DNA from: Candidatus Peribacteria bacterium
GTDB taxonomy: Bacteria; Patescibacteriota; Gracilibacteria; UBA1369; LOWO2-01-FULL-3
DNA: 64,000 bases
Assembly: GCA_943358175.1 (NCBI GenBank)
Contig: CALRGV010000004.1
Coordinates: 40,514-104,513 of the forward strand
Direction of reading: 5' to 3'
Shown here: in pieces, positions 16,596 to 26,667 of the stretch
Numbering within the stretch: the first letter of the stretch is position 1
How the letters are laid out: each line of letters begins with the position of its first letter
Made by a program: the position numbers and the translations under genes
Notes under the pieces: generated by a model
Told to the model about the DNA's origin: nothing
Databases searched by the model: none
What the model saw: the letters and a program-made list of their open reading frames with translations, nothing else

Positions 16596-19361
16596 TTATC
16601 TGGTCATTACGTAAAGATAGTTGGAGAGGTAAGCGGCAGCGGCGCTCCTATCCAGAATTTCATCACCACGGAAGTAGTATTTACCCCCAACAAGCTGGCC
16701 CACCACGAGATCACTGCATGCGGCATTGTGGATTAAGGTGGCATTTTTGTCGTTTTTTGGAACATCCTCAAAGTTGCCTTTTGTACAATCTTTTGCAGCT
16801 GTTTTTATATTGGCAAATTTGGAAGTTATAATCAAAGCATCAATTCTTTTGACCTTTTCGTTAGGATAAAAATTGTCTCCCACCTCCGCGATAAACCCTT
16901 TGGCTACAGCTGAATTTATATATTTCGCAAACCATTCATCTTTCACATCATCAAAGAACCCTTTACCACTACTCTCCTTCAAACCTGCAAGCACAGAGAT
17001 CATTTTAACAAATTCCCCCCTGGTAACCTCCTTGCTTCCCTTGAATAAAACACTGCCTTCTTCAATATAACCGCGAATTACCGGTTCTTTAAAATATTCA
17101 CTGAGCCATTTATTCAAGTACAAGGCAGCGGGATCTGTGCTGTCATCAAAGCTTTTGACCGCATCTGGATTAAGTACCAACCCCGGGAATTTGGCTTTTA
17201 TTTCTTTCTCGGTAGCGGCACCGGCTTTAATTTCCTGAGGTTTAGAAAAACGGGAAACCGGTGGGGTGGCCTTGTCAGTGGCAGCTTTGTCGGCAATGGC
17301 TTTGTCTGTGATAGCCTTATCCGCTGCTGCTTTGTCTGTCAGAGCTTTTGCGGCGGCGGCGGCTTTGTCCGCAGTGGCTTTATCGGCTGCTGCTTTGTCC
17401 GCCGCAGCCTTATCGGCAAGAATCTTTACAGCGGCAATTTGCTCAGGTGAGGACGGATTAGTAACGTAGGTGACGTAAGTGTTTCCACCACCGCTGGAGG
17501 CTGTTTTTTCGGTGGGGGCAACAATGTTAAAATCTACCGATTGAGGTATTGATTGAAAGCCTGGTGTACCATCAGGGTTAGTGCTGGTAGCAATCAGCTC
17601 AAGTGTAACATGATGACTACCGGCAGTTTGGTATCTATAAGTTATAGGAGAGATTTTTTTAGTTTTTTCATCGACCGTTGGCTCAATATTTGTCTTTTTC
17701 GGCTCATCAAACATCCATTGATTTGCGCTAAAGTCTCCTTTATTTACCTTCAGGTTTATTACAGAACAGGTTGCGTCCCAAGTATCTTTGATTTGCTTAC
17801 ACTCAATCTTAAAAGTCAACGGACTATCGGGCGACAGTCCGTTTTCATCTTTAGTTATTAACGGAGCTACTCTTGGCAGGTCAAAATCCCATCGACTACC
17901 ATTGGCCAAGAAGTTCAGAGCATCTTTCACAACTGGTTTATTATTGTCGATAATAATCATAAATCCATCACCGTAGTTGATTGTTTCGTAGCCTGCGCTA
18001 GGTGTTCCTTCTTGTATAGCACTAAAAACATCGGCGGAGAGGAAGGCGGAGGCGGAGGCGGCTGGTACTACCACTTCTACGGTTTTTTCGAAAGTTACGC
18101 CTATGTACCCGTTCTTCTCGGCATGAAAAATTGCATATACACTATAAGTACCTGCATTATCATAGGTATTGTAACTAATATGAGGATTCGGAAGATTATC
18201 ATAAGTTGGCATTGAATTAGCTCCAATATATTGCCAGGATGGATCATTTTCAGAAAATGTTACACCACTTTCCGCTTTTAAATTCTTTATTTCGCATTTT
18301 ACCTTAATCAAAGCATCATCTTTAAATTGACTACAATTGATATCAAAACTTACTTCATCTTTTCCAATTTCTTCAGTTGGGGTAGACCCTACTACTCCGG
18401 TGATAACCACCTTCTTAACAGCACTCCCTAGTGGTGAATTATTTGCATCCAATGCTGAATAGGAAATATTAAAAGTACCATTTTTATCATACTTACAGAT
18501 TTTAGACATTGCACTTTTTATTTCATCATTTGATACGGAAATAGTTCCTTTTCCATTATCACAGTCAATAATACCATGATATTCACCTTTCTGGTTTGAT
18601 TTATCTTTTACATTAACGCTATTAGTACCATTGGGATCGCTTACCTCTATGTTTGGAACAAAGTCCACTGCTAGTTCGACTGCAATCACCGTTATTGCCT
18701 TCGTGGCGGTGAGGTAAAGTTGTTTGTCATCTTTATCTTTCATGCCGGCTACTGCTTCCTTTACGGCTACTGTGTAAGGACCATCTTTTGAGTAAGCGTG
18801 TTTAATGACCAGCTCGCCGTTATCTTCTATACTGTGGTCATCACTAGGTTCTGTTAAAGAAAGTGTTTTCACATCAGTTCCATCTCCAAAATCAAATATT
18901 GCGTCTCCACTGCTTGCACTTGGCTTATAGACAAAAATATAATTCTTTCCTTCTGAATTAGCAGAAACACTAATCGATGAATGAAAAATCTTTCCAACTG
19001 CATTATTTATGGAAACCTGGAGACCATTTGGACCACATTTATCCTTGATAAGTTTAAGTTCCACGGCAGTCTTTTTCTGGCTGTCCAGATCATAATTTTG
19101 ACTGACATTAAAATCAATACATTTACCAAGTTCAGTTATATTGGCCTCAGTTAGTTTTGATGCATCATTAGTTGTCAGCTTTATTTGTCCTTTGAATGTT
19201 CCGCCGCCGGACATGAAGTAGCTGAAAATTCCTATGAGAAGAAGGCCTCCGCCGATGATGATGCTCATCTTCATGCTTTTGTCATGAGGAGCGGGAGGTA
19301 CGGGCGCAGGTACGGGACTTTGATCATTCCCGGGAATTACAGGTACGTTTGGCGTTTCCAT
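16596..19361 (-). CDS. Surface protein: N-terminal TM anchor, PKD/Ig-like repeats, (ADKAA)n linker, C-terminal SLH-like domains
   Basis: FDFGDG and HAYSKDGPYTV (PKD); TRGEFVKM, FDDVKDEWFAKYI...GFI, FYPNEKV.R (SLH). Alternative start at 19409. Confidence 0.85.
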   Translation of the reverse strand: METPNVPVIPGNDQSPVPAPVPPAPHDKSMKMSIIIGGGLLLIGIFSYFMSGGGTFKGQIKLTTNDASKLTEANITELGKCIDFNVSQNYDLDSQKKTAVELKLIKDKCGPNGLQVSINNAVGKIFHSSISVSANSEGKNYIFVYKPSASSGDAIFDFGDGTDVKTLSLTEPSDDHSIEDNGELVIKHAYSKDGPYTVAVKEAVAGMKDKDDKQLYLTATKAITVIAVELAVDFVPNIEVSDPNGTNSVNVKDKSNQKGEYHGIIDCDNGKGTISVSNDEIKSAMSKICKYDKNGTFNISYSALDANNSPLGSAVKKVVITGVVGSTPTEEIGKDEVSFDINCSQFKDDALIKVKCEIKNLKAESGVTFSENDPSWQYIGANSMPTYDNLPNPHISYNTYDNAGTYSVYAIFHAEKNGYIGVTFEKTVEVVVPAASASAFLSADVFSAIQEGTPSAGYETINYGDGFMIIIDNNKPVVKDALNFLANGSRWDFDLPRVAPLITKDENGLSPDSPLTFKIECKQIKDTWDATCSVINLKVNKGDFSANQWMFDEPKKTNIEPTVDEKTKKISPITYRYQTAGSHHVTLELIATSTNPDGTPGFQSIPQSVDFNIVAPTEKTASSGGGNTYVTYVTNPSSPEQIAAVKILADKAAADKAAADKATADKAAAAAKALTDKAAADKAITDKAIADKAATDKATPPVSRFSKPQEIKAGAATEKEIKAKFPGLVLNPDAVKSFDDSTDPAALYLNKWLSEYFKEPVIRGYIEEGSVLFKGSKEVTRGEFVKMISVLAGLKESSGKGFFDDVKDEWFAKYINSAVAKGFIAEVGDNFYPNEKVKRIDALIITSKFANIKTAAKDCTKGNFEDVPKNDKNATLIHNAACSDLVVGQLVGGKYYFRGDEILDRSAAAAYLSNYLYVMTR

Positions 19362-19484
19362 GATTTGAAAAGTTATGTTTTTGTTTTTGACTTTAGGCTT
19401 TTTGCCCATTTAACTAGTTATACTATACATCCTTTTGTCGGTTTTTGCAATGCTAAGTGTGAGGCAAAGTGCTACGCAGCTCCG

Positions 19485-19907
19485 CTAAAACTTACTAAGC
19501 CACTTTTCGATAAAAACCAAATATTTTTTGTAGTCCCTAAAACCAATTTTTAAAGCTTCTTTGAATTTTGACTCATCTACAGATTGATATTCGTGAACCA
19601 GTAAATTTCTTAAGGTGGTGGAAAGCGCAATGTTCTTGGCAAAGGCCAATGGTAAAATCTTGTATTTCGCCAATTCTGTAAACGAAGTGTGGTAATCCCT
19701 TGGCACTTCCCCTCCCAAATCCGAGATAATATGCATGTTCATGTCTATAGCTGCTCCAATCATTCTTTCCATCACGCGCTCAGCAAAATAAAAATTATTA
19801 GCTTTGCCAAAAAGCTCAGCGGACTTAAGTTCTTTCAAAGTTTTTAAGTGCTCAAGCTGCTTAAGAATTTCCGCAATCTTCCTGTTCAATAAATTTTTAT
19901 CAGGCAT
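19485..19907 (-). CDS. HEPN (DUF86/HepT-like) ribonuclease toxin
   Basis: RNLLVHEY (R-X4-H-X-Y) motif; overlaps the MNT gene. Confidence 0.9.
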   Translation of the reverse strand: MPDKNLLNRKIAEILKQLEHLKTLKELKSAELFGKANNFYFAERVMERMIGAAIDMNMHIISDLGGEVPRDYHTSFTELAKYKILPLAFAKNIALSTTLRNLLVHEYQSVDESKFKEALKIGFRDYKKYLVFIEKWLSKF

Positions 19908-20280
19908 GTTTCAGTTTATATCGATTAATTTTCTCCTGTAGTTTAAAATACGGTTCAAAGTCCAAATAAGATTTCATGGCGCTAATTCTAATGGAGTCGA
20001 AATCTCTCTTCTTGCCGAATAAAAGCTTTCCTTCTTTGGCAATTTGTCCCAGTAAAAGCGGTCCGGCATCCCGTAAGAAAACCAAATCAACTTCTCTCTT
20101 GAACAAATTTTGCAGCTGATATCTCAACTCAAGCTCTTTCCTTAGCGTAAGTTTCGAAGAAGATAAAATCGCCAAATCAATGTCGCTATCTTTTTTAGCT
20201 CTGTTGTTTGCAACAGATCCAAATACAATAACCACTTTGAGATCATACTTTTTGGCTAAATCGTCAAGGACGTTTTTCAT
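19900..20280 (-). CDS. Minimal nucleotidyltransferase (MntA-like antitoxin)
   Basis: FGSVA......SDIDLAI and VDLVFL motifs. Confidence 0.92.
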   Translation of the reverse strand: MKNVLDDLAKKYDLKVVIVFGSVANNRAKKDSDIDLAILSSSKLTLRKELELRYQLQNLFKREVDLVFLRDAGPLLLGQIAKEGKLLFGKKRDFDSIRISAMKSYLDFEPYFKLQEKINRYKLKHA

Positions 20281-20335
20281 GGTTCCATTGTATTACACTT
20301 CGCTAATAACGTCGAATCCTTTGAAACTTCCGGGA

Positions 20336-20375
20336 ATGGTTGATGGTTGACTATCAACTATCAATCATCAACCAT
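20336..20375. repeat. Inverted heptamer tandem repeat hairpin
   Basis: (ATGGTTG)x2 facing (TATCAAC)(TATCAAT)(CATCAAC)CAT. Confidence 0.65.
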
Positions 20376-20458
20376 GATAAGATAAAACTGCAGTTGACTA
20401 TCTCGTTAAACTTAGCTGTACTGTTTCTATAAATATACAATTTTGTTAATTTATTAAA

Positions 20459-21271
20459 ATGACTTTTCTAGATGCTGCCATTCTGGGTGCTTTGCAGGGT
20501 GTTACTGAGTTTTTGCCTATTTCTTCGAGTGGACATCTGATTTTGGCGGAGAAATTTTTGAAATTGGATGTGGAGGGTTTGAAAACTTTTGATGTGATGC
20601 TTAACTTGGGGACACTTTTGGCGGTGCTGATTTATTTTTGGAAGGAAGTGTCGGGGATGCTGGTGGCGCTGTGGAAATTTGTGACGAGAAAATTGCCGGC
20701 GAATGATCCTTATGCAAAATTGATTGTATATCTGATTATTGGCACTATTCCGGCGGTGGTTCTCGGACTTTTTGGGGATACGATTGACGCACATTTTAGA
20801 AATGCAAAATCGGTGACGGTGATGATGTTGGTGGTGGCGGGTGTATTTATCTTGGCGGAATTGTTCTACAAAAAGGTCGAGGTGAAAAAACGGGAAGTGG
20901 GCTCATGGAGACAAGCTTTGATAATTGGCATGGCCCAATCTCTGGCACTGATTCCGGGAATTTCCAGATCGGGATCTACTATTGTGGCGGGGCTTTTCCA
21001 GGGAATTGAAAGGGAAAGTGTTGCTAAATTTTCTTTCTTATTGAGCATACCGGTGATTGGCGGAGCACTGACTTTGACCGGTTTAAAAATATTTAAAGAT
21101 GGGGCGGTGAACGTGGAAATTGGTCAATTACTAATAGGCTTTCTGACTTCTTTTATTTTTGGAATTTTGAGCGTTGCTTTCTTAATGAAGTTTTTGAAAA
21201 AGCATTCGCTGGGTGTTTTCGCGGCGTACAGAATTATTTTTGCAATACTTCTTTTTAGTTATTTCCTCTAG
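20459..21271 (+). CDS. uppP: Undecaprenyl-diphosphate phosphatase
   Basis: QGVTEFLPISSSGHL, PGISRSGST, AKFSFLLSIP. Confidence 0.96.
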   Translation: MTFLDAAILGALQGVTEFLPISSSGHLILAEKFLKLDVEGLKTFDVMLNLGTLLAVLIYFWKEVSGMLVALWKFVTRKLPANDPYAKLIVYLIIGTIPAVVLGLFGDTIDAHFRNAKSVTVMMLVVAGVFILAELFYKKVEVKKREVGSWRQALIIGMAQSLALIPGISRSGSTIVAGLFQGIERESVAKFSFLLSIPVIGGALTLTGLKIFKDGAVNVEIGQLLIGFLTSFIFGILSVAFLMKFLKKHSLGVFAAYRIIFAILLFSYFL

Positions 21272-21324
21272 ACATAGGCGGCTTATGTTTTGTATGATGG
21301 CCAAAAGCACAACTTTTTCAATTT

Positions 21325-22350
21325 ATGGGAAACATCAAAGATTACAAAATAGCGACTCTCGGCAGCCACACCGCTTTGCAAATTCTCAAAGGCGCGAAGG
21401 ATGAAGGTTTTCAGACTATTTGCATTTGTGAAAAAGGTCGTGACAGACCATACATAAGTTACGGAGTGGCCGACGAAATCATGTATGTGGATTCGTTCAA
21501 AGACTTTTTCAAAATCGAAGAGGAGCTGATTAAAAAAAATGCGATTATTATTCCGCATGGATCTTTTGTGGCCTACATAGGCGCGGATAAAGTTCCAAGC
21601 ATTAAAGCGATGCACTATGGCGCGAAAGGAATTCTCGAATGGGAATCAAACCGCAACAAGGAAAGAATATGGCTTGATGATGCGAAAATAAAGATGCCAG
21701 CATTACTAAAGAGTCCGGAAGAAATTGATAGGCCGGTGATTATCAAATTTCATGGAGCTTCAGGCGGAAAAGGCTATTTCCTGGCCAACAGTCCGGCGGA
21801 ATTTTACGAACGTTTCAAAATTTACGAAGGCAAGGCGGATCACAATGATTACGTAATTCAGGAATATATTGTCGGAGTACCGGTTTATACGCACTATTTT
21901 TACAGCAAATTGACCGGCGAGCTGGAAGTAATGGGCTTTGATAAACGTTATGAATCAAATGCGGATTCCATTGGCCGTATCGCCGCAAAAGATCAGGTGG
22001 ATGCAGATATTCGCACGACTTATACTATTACTGGAAACGTGCCTTTGGTGGTGCGCGAATCGATTTTACCTCAAATTTTCGAGATGGGAGACAGGGTGGT
22101 GGAATCTTCGAAAAAATTTACGGAGGGTGGGCTTTTTGGGCCGTTCTGTCTGGAAGGAATTATTGATCCGGAATTGAATTATTATATTTTTGAAATTTCT
22201 GCGAGAATTGTGGCGGGGACGAATCCTTACGTGAATGGTTCTCCATATACTTGGCTGAGATATAACGAACCGATGAGCACGGGACGCAGATTGGCGCGGG
22301 ATATAAAAATGGCGATAGAGGGTGATAAACTCGATAAGGTGCTGGGGTAG
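21325..22350 (+). CDS. purP: Archaeal-type FAICAR synthetase PurP family ATP-grasp protein (DUF1246/DUF1297)
   Basis: IATLGSHTALQILKGAKDEGF, IPHGSFVAY, GGKGYF, D.RYESN.D, GPFCLE, FEISARIVAGTN. Confidence 0.9.
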   Translation: MGNIKDYKIATLGSHTALQILKGAKDEGFQTICICEKGRDRPYISYGVADEIMYVDSFKDFFKIEEELIKKNAIIIPHGSFVAYIGADKVPSIKAMHYGAKGILEWESNRNKERIWLDDAKIKMPALLKSPEEIDRPVIIKFHGASGGKGYFLANSPAEFYERFKIYEGKADHNDYVIQEYIVGVPVYTHYFYSKLTGELEVMGFDKRYESNADSIGRIAAKDQVDADIRTTYTITGNVPLVVRESILPQIFEMGDRVVESSKKFTEGGLFGPFCLEGIIDPELNYYIFEISARIVAGTNPYVNGSPYTWLRYNEPMSTGRRLARDIKMAIEGDKLDKVLG

Positions 22351-22420
22351 TGGCTTTTAAAATCTATTGTAATATTGCTTAATTCAATGTAGATTCAGAG
22401 TAATCACGACGAGAGGAGGT

Positions 22421-22939
22421 TCATAAGGTTTTGTCCTTATGCAATTGCCTCTCATTTTTGTATTCCAATTTATTCTTTAAATTGTTCATGAAGTCAATTT
22501 TGCCGGCAGCCACTGATTTTAGCAGTGCAGAATATTTATGAACATTCGGAATTAGTAGTTTCAAAAATTTTTCTTTACTATTTAAATACTCAAGAAGGCA
22601 ATAAAAATCACCATCCCCAGTTATGATTACAGCCTGATCAAAATTTGGATATTCAATCATGGTATGCAAAACTAATTCAGCATCTATATTCCCCTTAATT
22701 TTTCCAGTTCTACTTCTTAAAATTGGCTTGAAAATCAACTTGTAACCGATTTGACTTAAAAAATCATACATTGATTTGTTTTCCTTCAAGTAACCAAGGA
22801 ATAAATACGCCTCAGTGATCTTATATTTATCTTTCAAATATATTCTGAATTTTTTAAAATCCAACTTCCATCCGGAGTCCAAAATGGCCAAATTTAAGTT
22901 TTGGCTGTCAATAAAGGCAAAATGATTACTTTTCTCCAT
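22421..22939 (-). CDS. NYN (LabA/DUF88, PIN-like) domain nuclease
   Basis: AFIDSQNL, KGNIDAELV, IITGDGDF, YSALLK; AT-rich; inserted in reverse orientation between the two purP homologs. Confidence 0.9.
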   Translation of the reverse strand: MEKSNHFAFIDSQNLNLAILDSGWKLDFKKFRIYLKDKYKITEAYLFLGYLKENKSMYDFLSQIGYKLIFKPILRSRTGKIKGNIDAELVLHTMIEYPNFDQAVIITGDGDFYCLLEYLNSKEKFLKLLIPNVHKYSALLKSVAAGKIDFMNNLKNKLEYKNERQLHKDKTL

Positions 22940-23084
22940 ATTATTTGTATTAAAAATAAACAATAAAGAACAAACTTAAAATTTTTCTAAATTAATTACG
23001 GATAGACTTGCGCGAATCTAGAAAATGTTTTGTTCACTTCTGCCCGGGCAGATCCCTCGTGACAACACGCCTTAATGAGGATTG

Positions 23085-23149
23085 CAGTTTCCCAGGAATG
23101 CGTTTTATTCTAGAATTAGGACGTTTTTTAGTCTCATTACTGAAATAAA
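23085..23149 (-). repeat. AT-rich dispersed repeat, family C copy 2
   Basis: Its reverse complement aligns with 16366-16430. Confidence 0.75.
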
Positions 23150-23336
23150 CTGCCGTTTCGTTATAAAATCATTTGTGAGATTTTTTATGATTGAGATGGT
23201 TACAGATGCTATACAGCCAGGGACTTTTTAGCTCCCCTATTGGCTTAAGCAAGCCGTTTCTATTTTAATTCATGCTCGACAAAGTTGTTGGAAAATTTCC
23301 GGCTTTGCTATATAATGGGCGCATTAAACTATTCCC

Positions 23337-24470
23337 ATGAATCTAAAAGACGTTCTAAAAAAGTACGATAAGAAAAAAATCACCATCGGTGTGCTGGGTG
23401 GTCACAGCGCCTTAGATGTGTGTCATGGAGCCACTAAATATGGTTTTGATACGGTGGTAGTGTGTCAGAAAGGGCGCGAAAAAACTTATGAAAAATATTA
23501 TCGTAGAAGAAGTGATGGGATGGGTGGGGAAAAAGGTAGCGTGGGAAATATCATTCTAGTAGATAAATTTTCAGATATCGTAAAGCCTAGCGTGCAGAAT
23601 GAATTGCGCGCTTTAAACACAGTCTTTATTCACAACAGATATTTCTGGGTTTATTGCGATTTTGCGAAGATTGAAAAAGATTTCAAAGTACCTATTTTTG
23701 GCTTAAGAGAGGGTGTAAAACTGGAAGAACGCGATCATCCGAATAACCAGTATGTGCTTTTAAAGAAGGCCGGGATTCGCATTCCAAAGATTTTTAAGTC
23801 TGCAAAAGAAATTGATCGTTTGGTAATTATAAAAGTGAATGAGGCGGAACGGAGATACGAGAGAGCTTTCTTTTTTGCTAATAGCGAGAAAACATATAAA
23901 GAAGAGGGCGCAAAGAGAGTTAAATCCGGTTTGATTCGTGAAGCCGATTTAAAAAAAGCGGTGATCGAAGAATATATCGTGGGCGCTCATATTAATTTAA
24001 ATTATTTCTATTCCGCTTTGACTGACGAAGTTGAATTGATGGGAACTGATACGCGTAGGCAGACGAACTTGGATGGATTTTTGAGGCTGACAGCAAAGGA
24101 ACAACTCGAATTAATTGCCGGAGGATTCAGCCCAAAGATGATTGAGACAGGCCATTATGCCGTCACAATGAAAGAATCTTTGGTGGAAAAAGCTTTAGCC
24201 TTGGGCGAGAAATTCGTGAAGACGATGAAAAAGGAAGTGGCGCCAGGAATCATTGGACCATTTGCTTTGCAAGGAGCGGTGGTGGCGGAAGATGGCAAAG
24301 AAGATTTCATAATCTTTGATGTGAGCATGAGAATTCCCGGATCACCAGGGACAAAATTCACTCCATACTCAGGCTATTTATATGGCGAATCCATGAGCTA
24401 TGGCGAAAGAATTGCGATGGAAATAGAAATGGCGATTGAAGAAAATAAATTAGGAGATATTTTGACTTAA
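23337..24470 (+). CDS. Second PurP-like ATP-grasp protein (DUF1246/DUF1297 paralog)
   Basis: IGVLGGHSALDVCHGA...GF.T, ERAFF, D.RRQTNLDG, ETGH...T.KESL.EK, GPFALQ, FDVS.RIPGSPG. Confidence 0.88.
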   Translation: MNLKDVLKKYDKKKITIGVLGGHSALDVCHGATKYGFDTVVVCQKGREKTYEKYYRRRSDGMGGEKGSVGNIILVDKFSDIVKPSVQNELRALNTVFIHNRYFWVYCDFAKIEKDFKVPIFGLREGVKLEERDHPNNQYVLLKKAGIRIPKIFKSAKEIDRLVIIKVNEAERRYERAFFFANSEKTYKEEGAKRVKSGLIREADLKKAVIEEYIVGAHINLNYFYSALTDEVELMGTDTRRQTNLDGFLRLTAKEQLELIAGGFSPKMIETGHYAVTMKESLVEKALALGEKFVKTMKKEVAPGIIGPFALQGAVVAEDGKEDFIIFDVSMRIPGSPGTKFTPYSGYLYGESMSYGERIAMEIEMAIEENKLGDILT

Positions 24471-24526
24471 TTGTAGCCTGAAGTTATTAGCTTCACTTAT
24501 TTGAGATTTCCATATAGATTGTATGT

Positions 24527-25843
24527 ATGAAAGTGCTAATGCTGGCTGCCGGACGCAGTAAAAGGATGAAACCGATTGAGGATAAAAATTTCCTAAGTTT
24601 TCTGGGAAAGCCTTTGATTGTGCATCAATTAGAAATACTGAAAAAGGCCGGAATTAATGAAGTGATTTTAGTGGGCGGAAAACATAATTTGGAAAAGATA
24701 TCTGCGATGGCCGGGAGTTTGAAAATGAAAATAGTGGTGCGCGAGCAAAAAAACCTGGAATTGGGAATGTGTGGAGCGATTTTGGCAGCGAAGGATTTGC
24801 TGAGTGGCGAGGCGGTGATGGTTCTAAGCAGTAATGATGTGGTGGAGGTAAAGGCGTTTAAAGCTGTGATGAAGGCGGCCGCGTCAAAGGTCGGGCAGGC
24901 GGAAAGTTTTATTCTTGGCAAAAAAGTTACTACTTATTTCCCCGGCGGCTATTTGGAAACCGATAAAACCGGTTATATTAAAAATATTGTGGAAAAACCA
25001 GAACCAGGCACCGAGCCAAGTGATCTCGTAAATCTGGTTGTGCATATTCATAAGGATGCCGACAAGCTCGTGAAATATCTAGAAAAAGCAGATAGCAAAA
25101 AAGACGATCTCTATGAGCAGGCTTTGAGCCGCATGATGAAAGATGGAGTGAAAATGCTGGCGGTGGAATACGATGGCTTCTGGCAGCCGCTGAAGTTTCC
25201 TTGGCATGTGCATAATGTTTTCAAATATCTATTTAGCCAGGCCGAGAAAAAGATTGCGAAGTCAGCACAAATTGCAAAAAGGGCTATCGTGAATGGAGAA
25301 GTGATTATTGGCGAGAACGTAAAAGTGTTTGATGGGGCTGTGATCAATGGACCATGTTATATCGGCGATGACAGCGTTGTTGCCACAAATGCGCTGGTAC
25401 GCGACAGTAATGTGGGCAAGAATTGCGTCATTGGCTTTAGTACTGAAGTGGCGAGGAGCGTGCTGGGTGACGAAGTTTGGACTCATTCCAATTATATAGG
25501 CGATAGCGTGATTGGAAATAACGTGTCTTTTGGCGCCGGAACTGTGACTGGAAATTTGAGACTGGATGAAAAAAACGTGCAAGTTTATTACGACGGCAAA
25601 AAAATTGACGCACATACAAATAAATTTGGCGCGGTGATTGGTGATAACGTGAGAGTGGGCGTAAATACCAGCCTGATGCCGGGAGTCAGGATTGGTGGAG
25701 GTAGCTTTATCGGTGCGGGAATTGTGGTGCCGGAAGATGTGTCTGAAAATAGTTTTGTGCGTGGTGAATGGAAATTAAAAGTTTCGGAAAATCGTGAGAA
25801 TATAGGTGGGATGGATAGAGGGGATTTCAAAAATAAATTATAA
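24527..25843 (+). CDS. Bifunctional sugar-1-phosphate nucleotidyltransferase/acetyltransferase (archaeal GlmU-like)
   Basis: LAAGRSKRM.P, IVEKP, hexapeptide repeats, H.NYIGDSVIG.NV.FGAGT.T.NLR.D, KFGAVIGD. Confidence 0.88.
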   Translation: MKVLMLAAGRSKRMKPIEDKNFLSFLGKPLIVHQLEILKKAGINEVILVGGKHNLEKISAMAGSLKMKIVVREQKNLELGMCGAILAAKDLLSGEAVMVLSSNDVVEVKAFKAVMKAAASKVGQAESFILGKKVTTYFPGGYLETDKTGYIKNIVEKPEPGTEPSDLVNLVVHIHKDADKLVKYLEKADSKKDDLYEQALSRMMKDGVKMLAVEYDGFWQPLKFPWHVHNVFKYLFSQAEKKIAKSAQIAKRAIVNGEVIIGENVKVFDGAVINGPCYIGDDSVVATNALVRDSNVGKNCVIGFSTEVARSVLGDEVWTHSNYIGDSVIGNNVSFGAGTVTGNLRLDEKNVQVYYDGKKIDAHTNKFGAVIGDNVRVGVNTSLMPGVRIGGGSFIGAGIVVPEDVSENSFVRGEWKLKVSENRENIGGMDRGDFKNKL

Positions 25844-25849
25844 AAAAAC

Positions 25850-26641
25850 ATGAAACTTTCGATAACAATCGTCAATTATAATCAGAAATATTTCCCAAAA
25901 CTTTGCGTAGAGGCTTTGAGAAAGAGCAAAACCGATTTTGAATTTGAAATTATAATTTGTGATAACAACTCTACCGACGAGAGCCTGGCATATCTAAAAA
26001 TGGTGGCGGGAAAGGGAGAAATTAAATTAGTGGAACCAGGTAAAAATCTGGGCTATGGTAGCGGTCATAATTTCGCAGCACGAGAAGCTAAAGGGAAATA
26101 TATTTTGATTTTAAATACCGACATCACGGTCGAACACGACACCTTGCAGAAATTGGTGGATTACCTTGAGCAGCATCATGATGTTGGCATGGTGGGGCCG
26201 AAATTGATGTATCACAATGGTACGGTGCAGCAATCTTGCAGGAGGAATGCCGGCCTTTTTGATCTTTTTATTAAACGCACTTTCCTGAAAAGAATTTGGC
26301 CCTTCAAGTCTCGTTATCAGCAATATATTATGGAGGATTTTAATCATGCCAGCACGCAGAATGTGGATCTAATTACCGGCGCATTTATGGTGATGCCAAA
26401 GAAATTATTCGATGATATTCGCGGTTTTGACGAGAGATATTTTCTCTTTATGGAGGACTTTGATTTATGTCGAAAAACTCACGAAGCGGGCTATAAAGTG
26501 GTTTATTATCCTGAAGCCGTGGCGACGCATTACCACAAAAGATTGAGCGAGGGTTCGTTCTTCAAGCTTTTGTTCAACAAAATCTCCTGGTGGCATTTGG
26601 CCAGCGCTATTAAGTATCACTGGAAGTGGAGGGGGAGATAG
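25850..26641 (+). CDS. Glycosyltransferase family 2 (WbbL/rhamnosyltransferase-like)
   Basis: IVNYN, DNNSTD, NLGYG.G.N, LILNTD, GFDERYFLFMEDFDLC. Confidence 0.9.
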   Translation: MKLSITIVNYNQKYFPKLCVEALRKSKTDFEFEIIICDNNSTDESLAYLKMVAGKGEIKLVEPGKNLGYGSGHNFAAREAKGKYILILNTDITVEHDTLQKLVDYLEQHHDVGMVGPKLMYHNGTVQQSCRRNAGLFDLFIKRTFLKRIWPFKSRYQQYIMEDFNHASTQNVDLITGAFMVMPKKLFDDIRGFDERYFLFMEDFDLCRKTHEAGYKVVYYPEAVATHYHKRLSEGSFFKLLFNKISWWHLASAIKYHWKWRGR

Positions 26642-26645
26642 GCTT

Positions 26646-26667
26646 CCTGCCTACGGCAGGCAGGCCT
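26646..26667. repeat. Short REP-like palindrome CCTGCC-TAC-GGCAGG(CAGG) between convergent genes
   Basis: Fills the 24-nt gap between the GT2 and purN stop codons. Confidence 0.55.

Noticed and set aside
17265-17415. CRISPR-like or non-coding tandem repeat
   Set aside because: These are codon-degenerate 15-nt units in frame within the surface protein. No spacers or cas genes are seen in the window.
23030-23100. ZTP (pfl) riboswitch near purP, from TGCCCGGGCA
   Set aside because: There is no GACTGGCG/GTGG...CCAC core, and it lies upstream of the apparent purP2 promoter.
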